Of a DNA stretch of 64,000 nucleotides, positions 27,050 through 35,637 are shown one piece after another. The stretch's first letter is position 1. The number at the start of each line of letters is the position of its first letter. Below the pieces are notes generated by a model. It made no database searches, was not told the DNA's origin, and saw nothing but the letters and a program-made list of their open reading frames with translations. The stretch covers positions 29,591 through 93,590 of the forward strand of contig CAWKEG010000021.1 of NCBI GenBank assembly GCA_963848515.1, in the 5' to 3' direction. The DNA comes from an uncultured Acidobacteriaceae bacterium (GTDB taxonomy: Bacteria; Acidobacteriota; Terriglobia; Terriglobales; Acidobacteriaceae). Position numbers and translations under genes: made by a program.

Positions 27050-27490
27050 ATGAACGAGGATCGTAGACAGATTTTGGAGATGCTGGCGGCGGGGAAGATT
27101 ACCGTCGACGAAGCCGAGCGGCTGCTGGCCGCGCTTGAACCGGACACCGCCGCAAAAACGGCGGAGTTTACCGGCAAGACCGCGGGCGAAAACGGCGCCA
27201 AAGTGAAGACCCAGGCGAAGTTCCTGCGCGTGCAGGTCGAGGGACCGACGACGGTGAACGTGCGGGTGCCCATGCAACTGTTGCGCGCGGGCGTGCGGCT
27301 GGCAAGCCTGATTCCGGTGCAGGCGCACGAGCAGTTGGATGATGCGCTGAACAAACACGGGGTTCCGCTGACGCTTTCGCAGATCAAGCCGGAGAACCTG
27401 GAAGAGCTGGTTGACCATCTTGAGGATTTGAAGGTGGATGTGGACGGCAACGATGGCAATACGACCAAGGTGCGGGTGTACTGCGAGTAG
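27050..27490 (+). CDS. SHOCT-like domain protein
   Basis: MNEDRRQILEMLAAGKITVDEAERLL, VNVRVPM and KVRVYCE; AGGAG RBS. Confidence 0.8.
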   Translation: MNEDRRQILEMLAAGKITVDEAERLLAALEPDTAAKTAEFTGKTAGENGAKVKTQAKFLRVQVEGPTTVNVRVPMQLLRAGVRLASLIPVQAHEQLDDALNKHGVPLTLSQIKPENLEELVDHLEDLKVDVDGNDGNTTKVRVYCE

Positions 27491-27516
27491 TGCGGTTCTG
27501 CGTGGGTGAGTGCGCT

Positions 27517-27561
27517 GCTCTCCCACCCATCCCGCAAAAAGCGCGGGATGGATGGGGCATC
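27517..27561. repeat. REP-like family A
   Basis: ctcccacccatcccgc-aaaaagc-gcgggatggatggggca. Confidence 0.75.
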
Positions 27562-27612
27562 GTGGCGGTCCTGCAATTGTTCGCAATTGGAAGAACTGTG
27601 GAAGAAGCCGCT

Positions 27613-28740
27613 CTAGCCGCGGCGCAGGGGTTTGTTCATAGGCACGACCTGCACGGTGACGTCGCGGACTTCTGAGAGAAAGCGGTTGAGCACCGAGCCG
27701 CGCCACAGAATGTCCCAGCGCGAGCGGGCGGACTGACCAAAGACCACGTGCGAGATGCTCTCCTGCTGAGCAAAGCGGATGAGGGCGTCGGAGACGTTGC
27801 GGTCTGTCAGGTTGACGACCTTGGCGCCAAGATCGCGAGCCATGCGCTCGTACTCTTCAAGCCGATGGAAGGCTTCCGGATCGCCGTGACCCTTGTCGTC
27901 GTCGGGGCGAGTGACGTAGACCGCATACCAATTGCTGGCCAGGCGGCCGGCGACGCGGGCGCCCACGCGCAGCAGCCGCTCAGTTCCGGGACGGGTGCTG
28001 AGGCAGACCATGACTTTTTCAGGAATGGGCGCCTGTTCCAGGCCTTGCGTGCGGCGATACTCTGAGGCGCGGCTGCTCACCTGCTCGGCGGTGGTGCGCA
28101 GCGCGAGTTCGCGGAGCATGTTCAGGTTGCCCTTGCGGAAGAAGTTGGCCAGCGACTGCTCGACCTTTTCCGCGGCGTAGATTTTTCCCTGGCGCAGGCG
28201 TGAGCGAAGTTCGTCCACAGTCACGTCGACGTTGACGACCTCATCGGCGCGCTTGAAGAAATTGTCGGGGACGGTCTCGCGGATGACGGTGTTCGCGGAG
28301 CGGTTGACGGCGTCGTTCAGCGTTTCAAGGTGCTGGATGTTGACGGCCGTCATCACATTAATGCCGGCTTCAAGCAGCTCGAGAACATCTTCGTAGCGTT
28401 TGCGGTTTTTGCTGCCGGGGACGTTGGTGTGGGCCAGCTCGTCTACCACTACGGTGTTGGGATGGCGGGCAATGATGGCGTCGACGTCCATCTCTTTCAG
28501 GTTGACGCCGCGGTAGGGAATCACGCGCTGGGGAATGATCTCGAGGTCACGGACGCGGGCCTCGGTTTCTGCGCGGCCATGGGATTCAACCAGGCCGATG
28601 ACGACATCGACGCCCAACTGGTGCTTCATGCGGTGGGCATCGTTGAGCATGTCGTAGGTTTTGCCCACGCCGGGCGCGGCTCCCAGGTAGATGCGGAGTT
28701 TGGCGGCTTCCGGCTTTTTTTCGAGGACGATCTCTGCCAT
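27613..28740 (-). CDS. KdpD N-terminal sensor domain + Usp domain (stand-alone)
   Basis: LRIYLGAAPGVGKTYDML, VDELAHTN, KRYEDV, NIQHLETLND and LRELALR; Usp-like VVFGQSARSRW. Confidence 0.9.
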   Translation of the reverse strand: MAEIVLEKKPEAAKLRIYLGAAPGVGKTYDMLNDAHRMKHQLGVDVVIGLVESHGRAETEARVRDLEIIPQRVIPYRGVNLKEMDVDAIIARHPNTVVVDELAHTNVPGSKNRKRYEDVLELLEAGINVMTAVNIQHLETLNDAVNRSANTVIRETVPDNFFKRADEVVNVDVTVDELRSRLRQGKIYAAEKVEQSLANFFRKGNLNMLRELALRTTAEQVSSRASEYRRTQGLEQAPIPEKVMVCLSTRPGTERLLRVGARVAGRLASNWYAVYVTRPDDDKGHGDPEAFHRLEEYERMARDLGAKVVNLTDRNVSDALIRFAQQESISHVVFGQSARSRWDILWRGSVLNRFLSEVRDVTVQVVPMNKPLRRG

Positions 28741-28743
28741 GGT

Positions 28744-30150
28744 TCAGCCCACCTCTACGGGATGCCGGACGTCTTCCGCAACGGCAACTGGAAGAGTGAA
28801 GCGGAACGTGGCTCCGTGGCCGAGGCGGCTCTCGACGGCGATCTGGCCGCCGAGCGACTCGACCAAACGCCGGACCAGCGCCAGGCCGAGGCCCGTACCC
28901 TGGTCAGAGAAAGTGTTGAAGCGGTCGAAGATGGTGCTGAGCCTGTCTGCCTCGATGCCGCGGCCGGTGTCGCGCACGGTGAACTGGACAACGTTCTTCA
29001 TCTCCTCGGCGGCGAGCAGGATTTCGCCGTCCTGCGGCGTATAGCGAATCGCGTTCGAAAGCAGGTTGTCGAGGATGGAACGCAGGGCGCGCCTGTCGGC
29101 TTTGACGACGGAGAGGTCGGCGTAGGCATTCACTTCCACGCGAATGTGTTTCTCCGTCGCTTCATCGCAATAGCGGTCGCGAGCCTCGCCCAGAGCCTGC
29201 AACGGCCTGAGCCGCTCGAGCTTGAGTTCGCGCTTGCCGGAATCGAGCTCGGCAACTTCGATCAGGTCGCGCATCAGGTCGTCCAGCTTCTCGGTCTCGT
29301 TGCTGGCCGAGGCTACCAGCTCAGCCTGCAAGGGAAGCAGTTCGCCGCCGAAGCCCTGGTTGAGCGCATAAAGACCGCGGCGCAACTGGAGGAGCGGGCC
29401 GCGCAGCTTGCGGCTGGCGACCGCGATAAATTGTGTTTTGAAGCGGTCGGTATCCTGCAGCGAGGTGACATCTTCAAGCGTTGTGACGGTGCCGAGCAGG
29501 CGGCCTTCGGAGTCGCGCATGGGCGTGGTGCGGAGCCGGAAGCTGCGCTCCTGTTTGCCGATGCGCATGGGCAGCATGGAGGCTTCATCTTCAGTGGCCA
29601 CGGCCTTTTGCATGGAGACGGCGTCGCGAATGGCGCTCAGAATCTTGTCGCCTCCGGGGGTATTGGTAAGCGCCATGCGGTCTGTGGCGGCCTCACCCAG
29701 CAGCTCTGCGGCAGCCGGGTTGACCTTGAGTACGTGGCCTTTGCCGTCGGTAACGATGATGGGCTCAAAGATGGATTGAAGCACGGCATCGGAGAGTTGA
29801 AACTCCATCTGGCGTCGGCCGGCCTCGGAGTCGCGCAGTTCGCGGAGACGAACGGCGATGCGGCTCAGCTCGCCGGCCAGAATGCCGAAGTCGTCGCGGC
29901 TGCTCCACTCCACGCGGTGCTCGAGATTGCCCTGGGCGATGCGGTGGGCGTCGCGCGCCAACATGCGGATAGGGGAAAGCACAAAGTAGACGGTCGCGAT
30001 TTCAACCAGCAACGCGGCCACGATGAAGCCGTAAGCCAGGGTGGTTTGGCCGGCAGCGGCAAGGGCGCGATGGGTAAGTGCCACGAGCCCTGCCGTAAGG
30101 CAGGCGAGTAGCACACAGCCGATAACAAGTCGCTGGGAAAGGTTGAGCAT
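28744..30150 (-). CDS. Membrane HAMP-PAS histidine-kinase-like protein lacking the phospho-acceptor His
   Basis: Two TMs, HAMP, PAS; H-box reads ASRKLRGPL; intact NLLSNAIRYT, DTGRGI and GTGLGL. Confidence 0.85.
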   Translation of the reverse strand: MLNLSQRLVIGCVLLACLTAGLVALTHRALAAAGQTTLAYGFIVAALLVEIATVYFVLSPIRMLARDAHRIAQGNLEHRVEWSSRDDFGILAGELSRIAVRLRELRDSEAGRRQMEFQLSDAVLQSIFEPIIVTDGKGHVLKVNPAAAELLGEAATDRMALTNTPGGDKILSAIRDAVSMQKAVATEDEASMLPMRIGKQERSFRLRTTPMRDSEGRLLGTVTTLEDVTSLQDTDRFKTQFIAVASRKLRGPLLQLRRGLYALNQGFGGELLPLQAELVASASNETEKLDDLMRDLIEVAELDSGKRELKLERLRPLQALGEARDRYCDEATEKHIRVEVNAYADLSVVKADRRALRSILDNLLSNAIRYTPQDGEILLAAEEMKNVVQFTVRDTGRGIEADRLSTIFDRFNTFSDQGTGLGLALVRRLVESLGGQIAVESRLGHGATFRFTLPVAVAEDVRHPVEVG

Positions 30151-30223
30151 TGCCCGGTCTCCAGGCCGGTAGAGGGTGTCAATTCCATTTTCGCGGAAAG
30201 AGCTTCATTCTGCAATGAGGAGA

Positions 30224-30310
30224 GGCAGGGAATAGGGAATAGGGAATAGGGAATACGAAGAGTGATTCAGGGCAGGGAACGGAAATCGGGGATCAGGGAT
30301 CAGGGAGGAG
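30224..30310. repeat. Degenerate 7-bp tandem array
   Basis: (agggaat)x4 then agggaac, ggggatc, agggatc. Confidence 0.85.
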
Positions 30311-30475
30311 GGACCGAGGGACTCGGGGAGGATTCCTCGGTAGCCAGAGTCCGCGTCGGTTCTATGGGCTTCATACGGGGTAAATGCCTGGCCTACCGCA
30401 CGGACAGCAGTTCTTCCGCAGCGGGTGCGTTGGGCGTGACGGTCATCCGTGCAGCACGTTCTGAAGGTCCGAACA

Positions 30476-30508
30476 CTGTGCACTGAGCACTGCTCACTGT
30501 CCTCTGCT
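30476..30508. repeat. Degenerate 7-bp tandem array
   Basis: cactgtg cactgag cactgct cactgtc ctctgct. Confidence 0.7.
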
Positions 30509-30509
30509 C

Positions 30510-32006
30510 TCAGGGGATTTGGCAGACCGCTAACGACGCGTTGTGCCAATGACAAGCCAACCCTGCCGGCTGGGGATAACTGACCATGACCCAATCGACG
30601 CCGAACTCGGACTTCAACCGCTCAAAGTCCGCGATCTGAAAATCTTTCCAGCCTTGCTGGGCCTCGACCTGGCGTTCCCAGTCGGGGCCGAGTTCGGGAA
30701 CCTGGGTGACGACCGCGGTGTCCTTGATTGCATCGGCTAGCTGGCTTCGCTCGGCGAGAGCGCGGAAGCTGTGGTAGTTCTCCCCTGGCGCGGCAAGATA
30801 GCGGGGATCGAGGGCAAAGTAGGCGTTCGTGGGAGTATTGGCCGCGATCCATTCAAAAGCCTGAATCCAGGGATTCGCGGTTGTGCGTCCGGGCCACTCG
30901 ATTTGATAGGAACCGCCAAGCTGCGCGCGCTGCGCGGCAAGCATGGAGCCGTTGAAGAGAACCAGAAAAAGCGCCCAGCGCCAGACGTGGGCCTTGAGAA
31001 GGTACTTTCCGAGCAGGCATCCGGCGGTAAGGGCCAGAAAGAGGTAAATGAGGTGAAGGTAGCGCATGGGCTGCAAGGGTGTGAGCCGGACCAGGGCAGG
31101 GAAACCGAGCACGGTCATGGCTACCGCTTGCTGAAAGACTCCGTAGACGAAGACGGCCATGGCAAAGCGCGCCAGCAGGGTTTCTCCGCGTTTCTGGGCC
31201 ACGCGCCAGAGCAGCCAGAACAGGAACAAGGGAGCCAATGCGCCGAGCCACTCGTACCAATGCCACTTGTAGAGGAAGTAGTAGGAACGGGTGTCCAGCG
31301 CCGTTCTCCAGGTCGGGCTCTGCGGTTCAAAGACCCAGCTCAAAGGGGCAAAGGCTGCCGCCACCGAGGTGGCTCTTGCCGGGCTCAAGGATTGGAGCCA
31401 GACATGGACGGGCTCCCACAAGGCCAAGGTGAGGAAGAAGCAGAAGGAGATGCCCAGCGCGGCCATGATGGGATGGATGATAAAGGCCACCAGCAACATA
31501 GGCACAATGCGCCAGCGCCTGCCCTCGATAATCCACGCGATGGCCATGAGGATGAGGGCGGTGGCCACGCTGCGGGCGTGCAAATGAGCGTCAAAAACAT
31601 AGAGCGCGGTGCCGGCGACGGGCAGGGTAAACATGGCGCCGACCAGGGCAACCCCCGCCCAGTGTGCGCGCGCCTCGGGAAACAGGCTTCGCGCGATACG
31701 CCAGGCTGCATAAAGCGTCAGCATGATGGTTGCAAGTTGAAGGAGCAGCTCGGCGGCAGCAATGGGGATGTGCGAGAGGCGGATGAATTCCGCGACCCAG
31801 CTATCGAAGACGGTGGCCTGGAGCTGGAGACGGAAGAACTCGGCGTCGTGGGGATAGAGAGCGGGATTCAGATCGGCCTTGACGGCCGAAAGGTAGACAC
31901 CGTCATCTTCAATGCCGGGATGGTAGCCCATCACGGCGAAAGAGAGCGCTGTAAAGCCCAAGATCAACAACAAGTTGATCAGGAATTTGTTCCGTTGCAC
32001 TATCAA
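30510..32006 (-). CDS. Polytopic membrane protein, possible GT-C glycosyltransferase
   Basis: Many TM segments; acidic EDDGVY motif after TM1; C-terminal soluble domain; divergent from the GT2 gene. Confidence 0.6.
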   Translation of the reverse strand: MIVQRNKFLINLLLILGFTALSFAVMGYHPGIEDDGVYLSAVKADLNPALYPHDAEFFRLQLQATVFDSWVAEFIRLSHIPIAAAELLLQLATIMLTLYAAWRIARSLFPEARAHWAGVALVGAMFTLPVAGTALYVFDAHLHARSVATALILMAIAWIIEGRRWRIVPMLLVAFIIHPIMAALGISFCFFLTLALWEPVHVWLQSLSPARATSVAAAFAPLSWVFEPQSPTWRTALDTRSYYFLYKWHWYEWLGALAPLFLFWLLWRVAQKRGETLLARFAMAVFVYGVFQQAVAMTVLGFPALVRLTPLQPMRYLHLIYLFLALTAGCLLGKYLLKAHVWRWALFLVLFNGSMLAAQRAQLGGSYQIEWPGRTTANPWIQAFEWIAANTPTNAYFALDPRYLAAPGENYHSFRALAERSQLADAIKDTAVVTQVPELGPDWERQVEAQQGWKDFQIADFERLKSEFGVDWVMVSYPQPAGLACHWHNASLAVCQIP

Positions 32007-32078
32007 TCTCGTATACTCAAAGTCAGAATGTCATCAACAATTATTGTTCCATCCTACATACAGATAGACGGCGCCACA

Positions 32079-32834
32079 ATGGATTCGCTGACATCAGCGG
32101 GACAGGAAAAGCTTACCCTGGACAAACTTGCGCTCGTGATTCCCACCCTGGGTGAGGCGGAGAATATTGGCGGGCTGCTGGATCATGTGCGGTCGGTGCT
32201 CGATCCGTTGGGAATTAATTACGAGATTCTGGTAGTGGACGACGATAGCCAGGACGGCACCGAGGGCATTGTTACCGCAATTGCCAGCCAGGACCCCCGC
32301 GTTCGGCTGCTTGTCCGCCGTGGGCAGAGAGGCTTGTCCGGGGCTGTTCTCTTCGGTTGGCAAAACACGGATGCATCGATTCTGGGCGTGATGGATGCTG
32401 ACCTGCAGCACCCGCCGGAACTGCTGCCGGAGCTGCTCCATTCGATCGAGACCGGGCACGACCTGGTGATCGGCAGCCGTTACGTAGCCGGCGGTCGCCT
32501 GGGCAACTGGAATCCGATTCGAAAGTTTCTTTCTGCGGCGGCGGTGTGGGTCACCTTGCCCATTCAAAAAGCGGGAATGCACGCCAAAGATCCGATGTCG
32601 GGGTTCTTCCTGGTGCGCCGCGAATGCGTGGAGCGGATTCCGTTTCAGCGCGCGGGTTTCAAGCTTTTGCTGGAGGTCCTGGTGCGCGGGCGGATTCGGT
32701 CGGTGGAGGAGATTCCGCTGGCATTTGGGCTGCGATACCGCGGGGCCAGCAAGGCCAACTTCAAGGTTGCCGTCGATTATGGCAGTCTGCTGATCAGGCT
32801 CTATGCCGGGCGGTTCGGGCTGTCGCGAAACTGA
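32079..32834 (+). CDS. Polyprenol-phosphate sugar synthase (DPM1-like GT2)
   Basis: VIPTLGEAENI, VVDDDSQDGT, RGLSGAV, MDADLQHPPE, GSRY, DPMSGFF and GFKLLLE. Confidence 0.9.
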   Translation: MDSLTSAGQEKLTLDKLALVIPTLGEAENIGGLLDHVRSVLDPLGINYEILVVDDDSQDGTEGIVTAIASQDPRVRLLVRRGQRGLSGAVLFGWQNTDASILGVMDADLQHPPELLPELLHSIETGHDLVIGSRYVAGGRLGNWNPIRKFLSAAAVWVTLPIQKAGMHAKDPMSGFFLVRRECVERIPFQRAGFKLLLEVLVRGRIRSVEEIPLAFGLRYRGASKANFKVAVDYGSLLIRLYAGRFGLSRN

Positions 32835-32841
32835 TTTCGAA

Positions 32842-33567
32842 TCACAGCGCAGGCAGCAGCATGCGCATCACAAGAAACGCGCCGACCCCCGCAAAAAACA
32901 CCAAAGCCATCCGTATCCCCGGTTCCCGATTGACTTCAGGGACCAGATCCGTTGCGCCTACGTAAATGGCGACGCCGGCAGAGATGGGCAATCCGTAGGT
33001 AAGCCAGGCGGGCACCACTTCAATGACCAGCACGCCCAGCAGCGTGGCAACAGCCAATCCTGTAGCGGAGTAGAGCGCTGTGGTACGGCTCCGTCCGCTG
33101 GCCAGCATGACCGAAGCCATCGTGAAGCCTTCCGGCGCCTTGTGCAGCAGGATGGCCAGAAAGATGAGCCAGCCCAGCCAGTTCGAGACCACAAAGCCGG
33201 AGCCGATGGCCACTCCGTCGAAAAGCGCATGAACGGAAAGGCCAACCAGCACGGCTATACTGGTGCGCCGCGTTACAAGCGCGCCGTGGTGCGTCTCTTC
33301 GCCATAGTGGAAGTGCGAGCTGATGGTGTGCTCGAGCAGGTGCACGACGCAATAACCGGCCATGATGAGGATGGGACCGAGGTGCGGGCTCAGGCGATAG
33401 CTCTCGGGAGCCATCTCGAGCAGGGCGACGGCCATCAGGAATCCAGCACCGAGGGCGACAAAATAGCGCAGGTAGCGCTCGATGCCCTTGGCGCGCACCA
33501 GCACAAGGCCGCCTGCCACATCGGCCAGCGCAGCGATGGTTCCGAGAATGAGTGAAAGCTTCAGCAT
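32842..33567 (-). CDS. ZIP-family metal transporter
   Basis: HFHYGEETHH loop, HALFDG and LHKAPEG. Confidence 0.9.
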   Translation of the reverse strand: MLKLSLILGTIAALADVAGGLVLVRAKGIERYLRYFVALGAGFLMAVALLEMAPESYRLSPHLGPILIMAGYCVVHLLEHTISSHFHYGEETHHGALVTRRTSIAVLVGLSVHALFDGVAIGSGFVVSNWLGWLIFLAILLHKAPEGFTMASVMLASGRSRTTALYSATGLAVATLLGVLVIEVVPAWLTYGLPISAGVAIYVGATDLVPEVNREPGIRMALVFFAGVGAFLVMRMLLPAL

Positions 33568-33572
33568 CTGGG

Positions 33573-34652
33573 TCAGCCACTATGCCGGATGTGCATGACG
33601 TCGCCATCCTGCACGATGTATTCCTTGCCTTCCAGGCGCAAGGTGCCTTTGCCGCGCGCGGCTGCTTCAGAGCCCGCTTCGAGCAGGTTGTCCCAGCGAA
33701 TAGTTTCGGCGCGGATGAAGTGATGTTCGAGATCCGAGTGAATGGCGCCGGCTGCCTGCGGGGCTTTGGAGCCCAAAGGCACCGTCCATGCGCGGCACTC
33801 GTCTTCGCCCGCGGTGAAAAAGCTGATCAGGCCGAGCAACTCATAGCTCTTGCGGATGAGGCGCACCAGGCCACTTTCGTTCAGACCGTAGCTGCCCAGA
33901 AACTCAGCCGCTTCCTCGTCGTCCATCTCGGCGAGCTCGGCTTCAACTTTGCCGCAGATGGCGGTTGCGCCGGCGTTGGGGCGGTGGGCCACTTCGTCCA
34001 GCTTGAAACGAGCCACGGCCGCGTCCAGGTCAACGCCGAGCGTGGTGCTTTCGCCAATGTTGAGCGCGTAGAGAATCGGCTTTTGTGACAGGAACATGAA
34101 GCCCTTGATCAGCTTCTTCTCCTCGTTCGTCATCTCGAGCTCGCGGAGCGGCTGCTCCTTTTCGAGAGCTTCTTTTGAGCGGAGCAGCAGTGCCTGTTCG
34201 CGCTCCAGATCGCTGGTGCGGCCCTTCTTCAGGTCTTTCTCCAGCCGCTCGAGCCGCTTTTCGACCTGCGTCAAATCGCTGATCATCAGATCGAACTCGA
34301 CATTCTTGATATCGCGCAGCGGATCGATGGGGCCGACGTGGGGAATCGACTCGTCTTCGAAGGCGCGCAGTACGTGAATGAGCGCGTCCACCTGGCGCAG
34401 GCTGGCGAGGAAGGCTGTTTCCTTCAGCGCTTCTTGCCCAATCGCGGCCACGTCGACAAAATCAACCGACGCGAAGGTGGTTTTCTTGGGCGAGTAGAGC
34501 GCGGAGAGTTTTTCCAGCCGTTCGTCGGGCACGCGGGCCACGCCGATGTGCTCCTGGCGGGAGTGGGCGCGCTCTTCGAGCTTGGCCTTGGTCAGAATCT
34601 TGAACAGCGAAGTTTTGCCCACCTGCGGCAGGCCGATAATGCCGGTTTTCAT
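33573..34652 (-). CDS. ychF: Redox-regulated ATPase YchF
   Basis: GLPQVGKTS, AAGAIHSD, FIRAE and EGKEYIVQDGDV. Confidence 0.95.
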   Translation of the reverse strand: MKTGIIGLPQVGKTSLFKILTKAKLEERAHSRQEHIGVARVPDERLEKLSALYSPKKTTFASVDFVDVAAIGQEALKETAFLASLRQVDALIHVLRAFEDESIPHVGPIDPLRDIKNVEFDLMISDLTQVEKRLERLEKDLKKGRTSDLEREQALLLRSKEALEKEQPLRELEMTNEEKKLIKGFMFLSQKPILYALNIGESTTLGVDLDAAVARFKLDEVAHRPNAGATAICGKVEAELAEMDDEEAAEFLGSYGLNESGLVRLIRKSYELLGLISFFTAGEDECRAWTVPLGSKAPQAAGAIHSDLEHHFIRAETIRWDNLLEAGSEAAARGKGTLRLEGKEYIVQDGDVMHIRHSG

Positions 34653-34722
34653 CGTCTTCCTATTGTGGCCCCGTCAGGATGGGATGCGCGTGCGAGGGCC
34701 TCTCCGATGATACAAGATCGGG

Positions 34723-34808
34723 GAACAGAGGACAGAGCGCAGAGAGCAGCGAACAGCGAACAAGGAACAGGGAACAGGGAACAGGGAGCAAGGATCAGGG
34801 AACGGGGA
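34723..34808. repeat. Degenerate 7-bp tandem array (~12 units)
   Basis: ...agcgaac agcgaac aaggaac agggaac agggaac agggagc aaggatc agggaac. Confidence 0.85.
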
Positions 34809-34864
34809 AATGACGGAGTTGGTCCCCAAAAGTTGTCCGCCAAGCAGAGGGTCACTCTTGTTTC

Positions 34865-34985
34865 GAAAGGGCATGGCTTTACAGTCCGTTTCGAAATTCA
34901 CCGAATTCTTGTTCTGTAACAAGGGCACGGCTTCAGCCGGGCCGCAACCATCGCCAAATCATCGTGGGCTATAGCCCCTGAGGGA
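34865..34985. repeat. REP-like family C
   Basis: aagggcacggcttcagccgggccg...gggctatagcccctgaggg, preceded by a degenerate aaagggcatggcttt copy. Confidence 0.6.
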
Positions 34986-35021
34986 ACGCTCGACGCGAAG
35001 GGTCAATTGATCGGACGTTCC

Positions 35022-35513
35022 CTAGCTCTTGGTGGTTTCCGCACGAGCCACCAGTACAACGGTTGCGAGGCCCAGCAGCAGAATCACCTCTTCAACAAAC
35101 TCGCTGCGGTTGTGGAGCTTGTTGAAGTCGGCGGTGACGGGGCCCGTGGCGTCGGCTGTGTCGATCGCTCCGCCTGCGGCCAGGCGGTCGCGCTCCATGG
35201 CGGGGATGATGGCGAATTGCGAAAAGATGGTGAGGAAGATCATCAACACCAGCAGGCCCATGGGCGCAAGCACCACGCGCGGCTTGTAGATGTTCCACGC
35301 CGGGGCGAGAGCGAGCAGAGCAAGCGCCACCATGCCCGAGACCAGGCCCATGCCGTGCAGGATGCGGAGCAGTTGGCCGACGATGGTGCCGGCGGTGTGC
35401 GTGTCTGGGCGCAGCGTGGTGAATGTGATGGCGGCAACGACTGGAAAGAAGATCTCAGCGCCCAGCCAGACGATGAGCGCGAGATAGAGAAGGGTGCGGA
35501 GAAGAGTTTTCAA
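35022..35513 (-). CDS. DUF4149-like membrane protein
   Basis: LIVWLGAEIFF, AGTIVG and FNKLHNRS; four TM segments. Confidence 0.75.
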   Translation of the reverse strand: MKTLLRTLLYLALIVWLGAEIFFPVVAAITFTTLRPDTHTAGTIVGQLLRILHGMGLVSGMVALALLALAPAWNIYKPRVVLAPMGLLVLMIFLTIFSQFAIIPAMERDRLAAGGAIDTADATGPVTADFNKLHNRSEFVEEVILLLGLATVVLVARAETTKS

Positions 35514-35518
35514 GTCAG

Positions 35519-35634
35519 CCTCTAGCTGCTAGCTTCTAGCCGCTAGCTCCGGTGCTTCAGCAATTCTAATTCCGTGACCACGCGATGCAAATGCGCAGCC
35601 GGGAAAAAAGCTAGAAGCTAGAAGCTAGAAGCTG
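35519..35634. repeat. Two inversely oriented degenerate 7-bp arrays
   Basis: tctagct gctagct tctagcc gctagct (35521-35548) and (agctaga)x3 (35610-35630). Confidence 0.75.
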
Positions 35635-35637
35635 TAC

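Noticed and set aside
30771-32078. Apparent 436-aa N-terminal extension of the GT2 gene
   Set aside because: Overlaps the membrane protein gene on the opposite strand; the real start is ATG 32079
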